Positions 24,185 through 36,009 of a DNA stretch of 64,000 nucleotides are shown here, piece by piece. Source of the stretch: Eukaryota sp. TZLM1-RC (taxonomy: Eukaryota; Protista; Metamonada: BaSk clade); the NCBI GenBank assembly GCA_040285825.1, contig JAUPSS010000001.1, forward strand, positions 3,658,001-3,722,000. The letters are read 5' to 3'. The position numbers and the translations under genes were made by a program. Within the stretch, counting starts at the first letter, position 1. Every line of letters starts with the position of its first letter. The notes beneath the pieces are model-generated. The model did not search any database, had not been told where the DNA came from, and saw only the letters and a list, made by a program, of their open reading frames with translations.

Positions 24185-26050
24185 TTTTGATTTATTTCAA
24201 AGCAGATGAAAAACATAGAAAATATGATAATGATATTGAAGAGGCTAATGCTGATAGAAATACACAGTTTGTTTTTATTGCTTTCCCATTTTCGATAAAT
24301 GGAAGATTATCAGATGAAGCAGAAACTGTTTTTGAATGACTTCCAAAAAATGGTTCAAGAAAGAACATTTTTTTTGCCCAAGAGGCAACTTTTGAGGCAT
24401 CTCCTAAAACAGGAACTAAACAGAGAAGATTAGCAACTCCTCCGCATAGGATTGGAGTATTAGAGCGAAGACTCAACCCCATTTTCCTCTTTCAGTGTCT
24501 CTTGATTTTTGTAGATCCTTCAACAAACTTCCGGTCAATTTTTGTTCCTCATTATTGGAGGTAAATGAATCTTTAATTCGAAGTCATGTTTTTTGTTCTG
24601 CTGAATTAGGTGGAATTGGTTTCACGAAATCTTCGATTTTATGTAAAGCAGCTTAAGAGGTGGAAAAAATTTTATTTTTGAATTTTTTCAAAGGTTTCCT
24701 TATGATGTTCATTTGATCCATGGTGAATCAAATTTTTATTTGAATCAACTTCGAATCGAATTAGATAATTTGCCTAGTGATATCTGGATTCTGTGTTTTC
24801 CTCAAAATGTTCAAGAAATTCCCACCCGATCACTTCCAAATTTACGTTTTTGCTTGAAAAAGCTTCAGCACCATCTGGTTAAATTATATGAAGGCTTGGA
24901 TTATGAAGTAAGACTTTGCTTGGCCAAAACTGAAAATCCTGCTTTCGGTAATTTCTTAAAGGATATTCGTGATAATTCTGCTGCTGCTTTAGTAACTCAA
25001 GTTCCCTCTGTTTATGGACTTTTGTTAAAAAACAATGAATGGCTTTTAAACATGCGTTTTCGTTGTTTTCTGTGGCCAAACAATTTGTCCAATCATTTAA
25101 CTTGTAAATGTGGTAAACCTCTTTTGTTTACTCATCTTTTGAACAGTAAACATTTCATTACATTTAAAAGCAAAGGGCATAATAACGTCAAGGACCAAAT
25201 TTATGTAATGTGCAAATCATATCCAGTAGATTCCTTTTTAGAACCGCTGCTGTCAAAATTAATTCTTGATGATCCCAACATTGATAGTACGCGTTACAAC
25301 AGAGCTTCTATGGGTCTGACAAGAGGTGATCTAGTTGTTCCCGGTTTAAATGGTAGTTTTACTATTTTAGACGCCATATCTATTGACCCTTGTAATTCCT
25401 CTAACGAACATCTCATTAACTCGGATGTAAATAATCCTTTTCTTGTAGCCGAAAAATATAAAATTGCTAAATATGCGAAACCGATTTCCTCGATTAATGA
25501 AAATTCACATGCCCAATATAATTTATATATTTTTGTATTTCCTGTGCTTGGATCTTTGGGTAACGCTGCTATGGCTTTCCTTGAGGATTTTGTTGTAGTT
25601 GTAAAGGAAAGAACTGGAATAATTTTCAATCGTGTTTACTGGCAAAACAGGATTGTATTTTCTATTTTTAACGGAATGGTCAAACTGATTTCTGATTCAC
25701 CGTCTTCTTTTGGGAAATTTTCTGAATCTTTAGCAATTAATTGTTTTGATGTAGGGGAGGCAGTTTTTGAGGATGTGGAGTTTTAATTGTGTATTTCATA
25801 TTTGTTGTTGAATAAAAATAAATTTTTTTAGAATGAACAATGAAAAGATTTCATATTTTTTAGGGCGTTCTCGGATTCAATTTGCCATAATTAACAGATT
25901 ACCTCGGTTTTTCAATCGAATAAGAGAAGCTTTAGCTAGACAGCAAGCAGATCAAGATTTTGTAGAGGAAATCTTGGTTCAATGATAGTCGTCCCATTAG
26001 TTATGAGTTAATTTAATTAAGTGTGCAAGTTTAATAAATATATATTTATT
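24185..26050 (+). mobile_element. CRE-like family A 3' fragment (24185-24367 + 25830-26050) split by a family B insertion
   Basis: The two halves join to give ...FQKMVQERT|MKRF...ALARQQADQDFVEEILVQ, as in the unsplit copy 42874-43188. Confidence 0.85.
24368..25829 (+). mobile_element. 5'-truncated CRE-like retrotransposon, family B, nested in family A
   Basis: ORF 24713-25786 with RLE; TSD AGAAAGAACA (24358-24367) / AGAATGAACA (25830-25839). Confidence 0.9.
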
Positions 26051-26703
26051 TCAATAAAATAAATATAATAGTGATAAAAATGACTTGAAATTCTGCATCT
26101 TCATATCCAAAATCATGATTTTGGCCTAATAATGTTGTAATACAAGCTAGGCTTCATTATAAATAATGGTCTAAAATGGCATTGTATTACACATCATTAA
26201 TCAATGAAATCAAAACTGATTAAAAGGACAACAAAATATAATCAAGTGAATTTGTGAGTCTTGATTTCATTATCCAACACTAGTCCATTTTACTTTCAAC
26301 GTTTTTTTAACTTACCTCTTCAGTTGAAACTTCAAGATCATACTCAAAAACCAAATGTCACTCAAAAGAAGGGAATGAGGTCATGAAAGTTACAAGTGGT
26401 GAGAGGAATAATTTATGGAGTCCAACTTTAGTGTCTCCGAAATTACTTTATTGTTAGAAAAGGAAAGTGAATCGTAAAGCAAAACTCAGTGCGTTTAGGA
26501 AAAATTCAGGCTACTTTAGTGAAGTTTGTCGCAAACTAAATGTTGTTTTCAACTTAAATATCCACCAATTTTGCATGATGATAGTCCCATCAGAGAATCA
26601 CAGTTGTAAGGCATAACTACAATATTAGAGCACCAATCATCGCACGCAAATCTAATAACTATGTGTTTTGCTAATGAGAGGAGGAAGTTCAACATGCAAT
26701 CAA

Positions 26704-27762
26704 TTAATTCCCAATGTATGTAGAATAAATGATTTCAAGAAATTCAATTAAAATGAAAGGATTGAAAATGAAAATGGACAAGATACAACTAAATACACCA
26801 ACAACAACAGCCATCGCAGGGTCTTGTAGTGTCAAAACAGGTGGAATAAACAAAATTATTTCTATTGTGGAAAATGTGTTAGTGAAAAACCGAAAAGCAA
26901 AAAACAAAAATATGAAAAATAAAAATAGTATAAATGATTTCAAACTGCCCGTAAACTGGGATAAAAGCAATGCGACAATAATTACAAAAGGACCAAAACA
27001 TTGTAAAACTGAAACAGTACCAAAGAACGATGTTACTGATAACTCACGTCCTCTATGTAAAGGATCCTCAACATTGAGTAGTGCTTGTAAATACTCAATT
27101 AAATAGTAAGCAAACATAACTTCACTTTTTTCATCGAATGAGGCAATATTAAACATAATGGAATGCCCTTCAATGGGAGAATGTGAAATTGTGAGAGCAC
27201 GGGGAATTAACGCTTTAAATCGATCGACAACTAAACTAAACATGTCACTTGGAGCAAAGTGTTTGGCAAGGTTAAGACGTCGTCCAGAGGAGAAAACAAT
27301 GGAATAATCGAAATGAAATCTATTAAGATATTTGGTAACAACTGGATTTAATGGTGCAATCACCAAATCAATATTTCGGGTAAAAACTAAACGATCGTTT
27401 GACAGAACAGAATACAAGAACTTTCTGTTTTCCAACTGTTCATCAACTAACAATAAAACATTGGAACTGAAGGTGGTGAAGTGTCCTTGGAGCTGGCATG
27501 ACTCATTGAAAGAGCAATGCTGGAGAATACTGGTCAGACTGTTATCGAAAAACCGACACAATGTGGAGTTGGGTTCGGAGACAGTGAAATCTATTGATAA
27601 ACGTGGATCTAAATGAAAGGTGGATAGAGACTTCTCTTCGACTTTGGCAAATTTAGAACAAAAAACACATAATATACCAAAGAAGAGAGTTGTACAAATA
27701 GGAAAAACAGGATGTCGTTTAATAACAGTAGGAAGGGACAAAATTATGTGTCGTAGTTGCAT
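26704..27762 (-). CDS. GAA1/GPAA1-like GPI transamidase subunit (divergent, short)
   Basis: N-terminal TM then 'AKVEEKSL' (cf. SENAL); 'ALLNVEDPLHRG..VSV' (cf. LNNLLExFHQS..VSI); multi-TM C-terminus. Confidence 0.5.
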   Translation of the reverse strand: MQLRHIILSLPTVIKRHPVFPICTTLFFGILCVFCSKFAKVEEKSLSTFHLDPRLSIDFTVSEPNSTLCRFFDNSLTSILQHCSFNESCQLQGHFTTFSSNVLLLVDEQLENRKFLYSVLSNDRLVFTRNIDLVIAPLNPVVTKYLNRFHFDYSIVFSSGRRLNLAKHFAPSDMFSLVVDRFKALIPRALTISHSPIEGHSIMFNIASFDEKSEVMFAYYLIEYLQALLNVEDPLHRGRELSVTSFFGTVSVLQCFGPFVIIVALLLSQFTGSLKSFILFLFFIFLFFAFRFFTNTFSTIEIILFIPPVLTLQDPAMAVVVGVFSCILSIFIFNPFILIEFLEIIYSTYIGN

Positions 27763-27803
27763 GAATGTAATGCAAAACCTCTTTTCTTCCTCTAGCCAAT
27801 ACT

Positions 27804-28029
27804 ATGGTTTGTCATCTAACTATTGTCTCATTTCCAGCCCACTCTCCACGGAACTCACCCTTCCAACTATGGTAAAGGATCTCGCTCTTGTCGTCGTTGT
27901 GGTATCAGACGTGGTTTAATCCGCACATATGCTCTCAACATCTGCCGTCGTTGTTTCCGTGAACATGCCAACAATATCGGTTTCTACAAGGTATATTAGA
28001 CTCCTCGATGTTCACCGTAGTACGATTAG
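27804..28029 (+). CDS. RPS29: 40S ribosomal protein uS14 (S29), 3 exons (27804-27806, 27838-27990, 28021-28029)
   Basis: Splicing 31-nt and 30-nt introns gives [54 protein letters not shown]. Confidence 0.95.
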
Positions 28030-28118
28030 ACCTATTTTTGTAGTTTTCTAGCCTCCTGTCAGCATGTTTCCTTGTTTTCACATCATCTTTTCACAATGTC
28101 AATACATTTTATAAATCC

Positions 28119-29495
28119 ATGGTTAAGATTTGTTTTGATTTCCCCCTATACAACCAAATGAATGCTAATTGGAACCGTCATTTTGATGATTCATTACAGA
28201 ACCACATTGTCTCCAGCAAAACTTTTGTTGCTGGAGAGACTGTTTTGTTTGACACACCATCGGTATATGTTTCGGCATATCCTACCACTCTGTCCCGTTG
28301 CGATGTTTGCTCAGCTGCTGTAACTAATGCTTCCATATGTTCTAGTTGTCACTTCTTCTGCTACTGTTCTTCTTGTGAACTCCCGTCATGGCATTCTTCC
28401 TGTGAATGCGAGCTTTTGCAGAATCTCAAATTCTTACCTACTGATGATGGCTATTCGTCTTTAATGCTGGTTCGTCTTGCTTTAAGAGTTTGGTCAATGT
28501 CCCAATCAGGTCATGATCCCATAGAGGGTTTTTGTAGCGATTCTTTGATTCTCATGGAACGCACGGAACAATATAAAGGATATCTCTCATTGTTGTCTGC
28601 TCTTGGTTGTACACTCTCTTCAATTGATCTCTTTGGCCAGTTGGAGGTAAATTGTCATGATGTTCCTGACCTCCCAAATGTTCCCCAGTCTTCTGGTATG
28701 GCAGCGTTCCAAACTGCCCGACTCTTGACCCATTCATGTGTTCCTAACTGTTCAATGTACTCTGATGGTGGACAACTAATTATTACTGCAGTCCGTCCGA
28801 TAAAGCCAAACGAAGTCCTGACAGTTTCTTATATTGATAACCTGAAATGTGTTCATGAACGGTGCTCTGAGCTGCAAAGTCGGTATGGTTTCACTTGTAC
28901 TTGTGAAGGCTGTTCTTCTTCAGAACTTTTACCCACTTGTAATCTCTATTGTCCCTCTTGTAAGACTTGTATCTTTGAATTACATGGGGAAGAGTTCAAT
29001 TGCTCTAACCTCAACTCTAACCCTAAATCTGTGGTGGAGGAACTCAAGTATGTTGTTGAGGATGTTCTTGCATGTAGATTAGAGGTTGTTGAATCCTTTT
29101 ATAAGGGTGATTTGAAGCTTGTCACTTTGTTGAAGTTTATGCGATTTTGTGAAGGTTTCAAGTCATCATCCAATACTCTTTGCAAGAGTAATTCCTTGGT
29201 TGTTTCGCTAATCTCATTATTTATGAAAAGTGTTATAGATTCCACTATCATTCCGATAAATCGAAAAAAAGAATTTATCTTGTATGGATTGAATGTTATA
29301 GAACCTTATTTCCAGTATAATGTTGGTGTTGCTGCTGATGTAACTTTACACTATGCTGTTTTTACCATTCATCATTCTCTGCTGCCTAAATTTGACCTCG
29401 ATAAGCTGGTGGAAACAGCCGTTCATTATGAAAAGCTTCATAAAGGAGAAAAAGCTGCTAGTCAATTGTTGAAGAAATTTCTTAGTATGTTTTAG
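28119..29495 (+). CDS. SMYD-type SET/MYND lysine methyltransferase
   Basis: Split SET with MYND Cys cluster, 'THSCVPNC', 'EVLTVSYI' and post-SET 'YGFTCTCEGC'. Confidence 0.9.
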   Translation: MVKICFDFPLYNQMNANWNRHFDDSLQNHIVSSKTFVAGETVLFDTPSVYVSAYPTTLSRCDVCSAAVTNASICSSCHFFCYCSSCELPSWHSSCECELLQNLKFLPTDDGYSSLMLVRLALRVWSMSQSGHDPIEGFCSDSLILMERTEQYKGYLSLLSALGCTLSSIDLFGQLEVNCHDVPDLPNVPQSSGMAAFQTARLLTHSCVPNCSMYSDGGQLIITAVRPIKPNEVLTVSYIDNLKCVHERCSELQSRYGFTCTCEGCSSSELLPTCNLYCPSCKTCIFELHGEEFNCSNLNSNPKSVVEELKYVVEDVLACRLEVVESFYKGDLKLVTLLKFMRFCEGFKSSSNTLCKSNSLVVSLISLFMKSVIDSTIIPINRKKEFILYGLNVIEPYFQYNVGVAADVTLHYAVFTIHHSLLPKFDLDKLVETAVHYEKLHKGEKAASQLLKKFLSMF

Positions 29496-29999
29496 TGTTA
29501 GTGTTTTACACATCTTTAGTTAATAAAGCCTTTTTGATGGAACTTCTACATAACTTTTTTATTTTTTTTATTTTTTTAGTTTTAATCACATTAATTTTCG
29601 GTTTTTCATGACATTTTATCATAGAGCCAAGGATCAATTAATTTTGTTTTAATTAGTATTAATTTATGGCACATGACATGCCAATGGTCGGTACCTGTTT
29701 CAAAAAGACATGTTCTTCTGTAGAGAAGCATAATGTAAGTACAGTGTGATGTAAAGATTAATGGGGGAAAATACAAATACTAATTCATTTTATGCCGTTG
29801 TCCAGGTTGAAAAATTCCCGAGATACTCAATAGACCCAAATCAAGACATGGACCTAAATAAATAAATATGGTTCAATTTTAAATAGTTTGGTTAACCTCT
29901 TACTTCTTTCCTTGACCATTATGATGTTTACTGTGATTGACCTTATCACACAAATCAATTCGTTTTAAAAAAAACTTTTGTTTATTTTGAAACGCAAAC

Positions 30000-30860
30000 A
30001 AAACAAGTAATCAAAAAACTAGAACTCAATATCCTCAATACACGCATCAACATCATGAAATCTTTTCAGTGTGCGATTTTCATACTCTATTCCTAATTGT
30101 AACAGTGCTTTGGTCAACATTTCTGGAATTGCTTTAAGAATACTGAAAACAATTTAATTGTTCCAGAAAATAAAGTTCAACTCTTTTCCTGCTCTTTCCT
30201 TTATTAAACATTTGAAACCTTCGAGAAATTTAATACCAGGTATTTCACTGTTACCAAAAGGAGAAACAGCAAATGGAACCAGCTGGTACTTTACATGCTC
30301 AACACGACCAAGCTGAGATAAAGGCTCCTTGTACTTTTTGATTTTGCTTTTTTCAGCAAAGCAAAGTGGAGTTTCATCTTTTTTAACAAAATCAATGGCT
30401 GATTCTTTCACAAACATCAACAGTGACAACATCAACAACTTTGATCACACCATCAGAGCCAGGAGTAATTAAATCAGCACGGCGTTTCCCAAAAGTTTTA
30501 TCATCTTCATTTTCAGGTGACAATTTACGAAGAAGTGTTTTAACAACAGCTTCAATGTGGTGGCTTTTGCAAATGGCAAACAGTTGTTCTCTAACAACAT
30601 CATGAACAACTGAGCGATATGTAATATTCTATTTGCAATTGAAATAAATGATTCAAATTAATAAGCAGACCACCACGACAAATCAAATTATTTGGCACAC
30701 TACATGGCCAAAGAAAACCCCTCATTCATAGGGCAGTTATCCATTGATGGTCATTTAACAATTAACCATAAACATTTAGAATCTGGGAAATGAGACAATT
30801 TGAGCTACTTTCCTTAAGATCAATTAAAAAGTTGGCAAAGGGGGAGTTAATTTTCCTTTG
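30000..30860 (-). mobile_element. 3' fragment of CRE-like retrotransposon (family D)
   Basis: Closely matches 59400-60230; RRAD..VDV..KIKKY RLE motifs. Confidence 0.9.
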
Positions 30861-33800
30861 GTTGTGACTGAGTCAAGACCTGAGCTCATTCTTATCTCAA
30901 AAAATAAAATTTTGTTTCTCACTCACTTTCAACGTCCTCCTTTTTCTCAACTTGACGTCCCATTGTCGGTTCGATTGAATTCCTTTATTCTCCATGTCAG
31001 ACACTCTCAGTGATACTGACTGGACTGCAAAAAGTACCGAACGTGATGTTGACAAGTCAACCTCCTCATCCACCAATCGCTCTCATTCTCCTCACCTGTA
31101 ACTCCATGCTGAAAAATCATTGGAAAAAAATTTAAATGAAAATTTTTCTAAACCACGCCGCAAATGTAGTAAATGTCGAAAATCCGGACATGACATTGCA
31201 ACTTGTCCGCTTATTCAAAAGGAAAAATTTAATGCTCGTGCTGCTACTGCTGCTTTAAATTTTTCGTTATCACACAATCCTGAAAATGAATTTTTAATTG
31301 AGATTCCCGATAACATTTCTGACAAAGCAGATCAAAAAGATGACAAAAAATGTGTTTTTTGTCGAAAGCTTGATGATGTCAATGATTTTGGTCGACCTTT
31401 ACTTTTTTGTGATTCTTGTGTTGCTGCTGATCAGCTACGTTGTCCCATTCGTGTTCTTGCTCAGCTTAGTCCGTTAGCTTCAAAACCTTTTGCTGTTGTT
31501 CTTCGTGCTTTACTGAAAATCTCCGTAAAGGATTATGGGATGTCACACCGATTTAGAATTTTTTTCTGAACAAAGATAAAAAACTTTTATCGAAAAAATC
31601 AAATTTTAACAAAATGTTTTTTCGAAAGAGAAATTAGTCGAAAAATTAGCTTTTAAAGGACTTTTTGGTTCTGCAAAACATTGTCCATTCTCTTCTGACT
31701 TAGCTGAATGTAATGAAAGCACATTGTTCCAATTGAATCATCTTCATCCAGAAGAAAATTTTCATTGTACTAAACCAGATTCAGTTGATTATTGGCTGCA
31801 AAATCCCGTCAATGCTTCAGAGGTATTGAAACTGATTCATCAAATACCTACCGGAAAAGCTCCTGGGCTATCTTTGTTGAATTTTGACATGATCAAATCA
31901 GCTGTTGGACAGTGTCCTGAAATTGCTGATGATCTTGTTCTTTTTTTAACAATCTTCTTACGTTAAAAATTAAAGTCTCTTTTGAGATGACCAGTGCTCG
32001 CTTAATTGCCCTTAAAAAAAGTCAATCCAAAATCCGTCCAATTGCAATCGGAGAATCGTTTTCAAGAATTCTTGCGTCTCTTGTTTTCAATAGAATTGGG
32101 AAAAAAGCCAAGGAATTTTTCAGTCCGTTTCAATTTGGAATCAAGACAATTGATGGTGCTTCTTCTGCTGCTCTTTCGTCGGATGTGTTTTTTAATTCTA
32201 GTGATTCTAATTACATCTTCAATTTAGATTTTAAGAATGCTTTTAATTTTGTATCTCGTTCTTCCATTTTGTCTTTGCTGCGAAAGCATTTTCCTGAAGT
32301 TGAGCCTTTTTTCTATTCAATTTATGGAAAATCATCAACATTGGTCTATGAAAACTTTGACCTGATTTCTTCTTCAGGTGTTAAACAAGGCGATCCACTT
32401 GGTCCTTTTTTCTTTTGTCTGGCAATTCATCCATTAATGTGTGATTTAAAATAAAAATTCCCTGAAATAGATATTGTAGCATATATGGATGACATTTCTG
32501 TAATTGCTCCTATTACAATTCTCAACCAAATAGCAACTTTTATTCAACAGCGTTATGAAGATATTGGTCTCTCATCGAATATTTCCAAATGTTTGATTAT
32601 TGGCCATGAACCAATTGAATTTTTCATTAATGATGTCAATTTCCCCTTTATCAATTATGAACAGTCTGGTTTTCGTTTTTTGGGTTGTTATCTCTGAAAT
32701 ATTGAAGAAGTCAAAGGCCAACTTTCGACTCTGTTGACTCAATTTGGAAATGAATTAGAATCAATAGAAAATTTAAATATTGAGAAACATTTGAAATTCT
32801 TTTTCCTAAAAGTTTGTTATTCTGGAAAATTTACTTATATTTTGAAATCAACATCACCATCAATTTCTTTGGAGTTTTGTCGAATTTCTAATGAACAGAG
32901 AACCAATTTTTTAGCAAAATTATTGGAAATTGATGCATCTCAGTTACGAAGCCACATTTTTTGTGTCACAAATTTTGGTAGGTTGATTTTCATAAATGAA
33001 GCTACCTTTGTAAAGCTGCCTTTATTGGAGGTGGAAAGAATTTTATTTATGAATTTGTGAATCGTTTTCCTGAAAAAATTCATCTAAATAGAAATTGTGG
33101 CAGCTCTTATCTTATTTCTTTGCAACAGGAAATTGAAACTCTTTCACCCAATATTTGGTCTAAATGTTTCAACTCTGATATTGTGGAACTTCCTCCAAGA
33201 AGCTAGCTCTCCTTACCACTGACTTTTGCAAAATTGCAGAAAAAAATCTTGCAAGTTTTAGAATACTTGGATTATATTGTACGTCTGAGTTTGCCTAAAG
33301 AAAAAAATCCCGTTTTTGCAAACTTTTTGATTGATCTTGAAGACAGTTGCTCAAGTTGCCTAATCTCCCAAATTCCCAACATTTATGGCCTTTTACTTAA
33401 TGATCACCAATGGACCACCGCACTGAGAATGAGATGTTTTCTATGGCCTTGTTCTTTACCAAATGATTTAATTTGTCGCTGCAAGAGTGTTGTTACGCTT
33501 TCCCATATTTTTTTTTAAACTGTAAGTATTTTATAACTTATCGCTCAATTGTTCATGACGCAGTTCGTGATCAATTATATGCCATGTGCAAAAGTTTCAA
33601 TATAGAGGCATTTATTGAGCCATTAGTACGTAAGCTGTCTTCAGATCAAACTGATGATTCCTTTGGTAAAAGAAGGGCAAATTTAGTAGCTCCAGGGATC
33701 GATGGTGTTCTCAATGTGGATGTTGTCTCAGTTGATGTTTACAAAAATTCTGCTGCTCGTTTAGTGTATTCCGCTGATGCGCCGTTATCTAACGCCGAAA

Positions 33801-34170
33801 AAAAGAAGATAAAAAAGTATGAAGAACCTTTGGCACAGTTAGGTAGAGTGGAACATGTGAAATATCAGTTTGTGCCGTTTGTAATTTCTCTTTTTGGCAA
33901 TATTGGACCTTCATGGTTGCACTTTTTTGAAAATTTTAAAAAAGTGTTACTGAATAGTTCTGGTAAAACAATGAATTCCACTTTCTGGTTAGATAGAATT
34001 GTTATTTGCATTTTCAAATCTATTCCAAAAATGATTTCAAAGGCACTTTTAGCTATTGGTGTAGAATATGAACGTAATGCTGTGAGTAAGTTCAGTAATA
34101 GTGACGCTTGTTTGGAGGATATTGAATTCTAGATGGGTTTTTTTATCTCAATAAATATTCCAGTTTTAAA
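30861..34170 (+). mobile_element. Near-full-length decayed CRE-like non-LTR retrotransposon (family D-related): Zn knuckle - RT - CCHC - RLE
   Basis: ATG at 30994; CSKCRKSGHDIATC; GKAPG; IRPIAIGE; GVKQGDPLGP; YMDD; CRC-x-H-x3-C; VHDAVRD; KIKKY; stop at 34132; many frameshifts and stops. Boundaries approximate. Confidence 0.9.
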
Positions 34171-34829
34171 AAAATTAAAGATAAAAAGGAAGACAGTGCT
34201 GATTTGTGAGTGAACAGCACCGATGGAACAGTATTTAGATAGTAAACATACATTAAAAGTACGAAGTATCAGAGTCTAGAATTGTTATTGACAAACTTAC
34301 ATTTTTGGTTTGATCATTTTCTTTTGAAGTATCAGCAAGGGAAATAGTTGCTAATAGCTGAATAATTTCATTGATGAAAAGTTTACTCATTTCAAAGTCT
34401 AAAAAGAAAACCATTTGTAAAACATTAGCATTTCAAGCTCTCAAATGCTCGTACCGCATTTTTTCAGAAAGAGAACTGTTTTTTATTAATAAGACCTTGG
34501 TTTTTAATTATTATTTTTTGTTATAACTAGATGAAATCAAACAAAATTATTAAAAAATGAAAGCAATGGCAACACCCATTGTGACCCTTTTAGGTATCAA
34601 ACAATATTTTTGCAAATCGTTAGAATCAAAAACGAAGGAATTATTGTCCACAACAGGTAAAGCACTAGTGCATTACTTGGAAATTCTGAGGACAACTAAA
34701 TTCAAATATGAAAACCGGACCTGGCTTGAAATCTCTTCCATCAAATAGGGAGTAAAGAATTGGTGTTAGATGTAATGCAAGGTAAAATGAATTCACCAAC
34801 TCCAAGAACACCTTTTATCTCTTTACATA

Positions 34830-35613
34830 ATGAAGACAGTCATCTTTCTCACCTTGATCGCTCTTGCTCTATGTGCACCTCAACCAAGATCGCGTATGGC
34901 CCAAAAGGCTTCTCTCTTCGATGTTCTTCAGGGTCACTGGCAAGTCCAAGTTGTTCGTGGTAATGACGAAATTGTTTACGATGCCATGATCACCCCATTT
35001 GATGAAACCCTCAAGGGTCATGTTTATTTCAATAATACCGAAACTTCTGAATTAGAAGACGAACGTTTCATTACCATGTATGATCTACCGCGATCTTGAC
35101 CTTAGTGAATTTGAAGACAAGCAAGCAGGAACTGTCTACTTTGTCGACTCTGAAGGTGAAAACCCAACCCCAGCTTTCACATTTGCTTTTGAAGAAACCT
35201 TCAATGGACTTCAAATGTCCCGCACCGATCTTCCTGAAGGTGGTGTTCTCCAAGTCGTCACTCCAAGCTCCTCCGCCATTCACGCCAACATTATCCGCAA
35301 CGGAGAGCTCTCAACCATGTCTTTGAAGAAGGTTATTGTCCAAAAGCCTCAATCCGTTCTTGCTCGTTTGATGCCTTCTCTTTTGATGATGGGTGTGTCA
35401 ATTTGTTATATTTCACTAACCCCAGGAGTCATGATCGTTCCCAGAATCCTTCAAGCCAGAAGAATGCAACAACAGCAACCTACAACTCCTGCAACCCCTG
35501 CCGGTGAACAAAGTGAAACCCAAACCACTGAACCACCATCCCAAGTTGAGGAGCTCCCTGATAGTGAAGAAACCACCCAACAGCGTACTGCTAGAGGTAC
35601 TGAGGAGGAATAA
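34830..35613 (+). CDS. Unknown signal-peptide / single-TM protein, 3 exons (introns 35078-35105, 35393-35425)
   Basis: A 28-nt intron joins ORFs 34830 and 35080 in frame (ITI|EFEDK). The 33-nt in-frame GTGTGT...CTAACCCCAG intron fits the local consensus. Confidence 0.8.
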
Positions 35614-36009
35614 TTTTTTTCTAATTAATTTTTGTTAAGGCCAATAAATTCTAGTATTTTTTTAAGTGTTTCTATTGTCAGTCAATGATTGAGATTTTTT
35701 TTCTTATTTCATGGGTTTTTTATTAGAGAAGTTTCTCATTATTTATCGTTTGGATTGGATCATTAGAAGGAAGGTCCTTGGAAGGCCTTTCTTACTTTCA
35801 TACTACACCATGAGTTTTCAGAGGTTTCGTAAAAAGATCATTAATTATGTCTATTCTCTGTGAAGAGACACGAATAATAACTTAACATTAACAAAATCAT
35901 TCACCTATTGAAAAGATTCTATATTATAATAATCTAATGAAACAAATAAAATAACCAAATAAACTAATAAAATTGCAAATAGCAAATACTAAAAACTAAA
36001 GCATAAAAA

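Noticed and set aside
30861-30993. HDV-like ribozyme in the retrotransposon 5' UTR
   Set aside because: I could not identify the nested pseudoknot by eye; it needs a covariance search.
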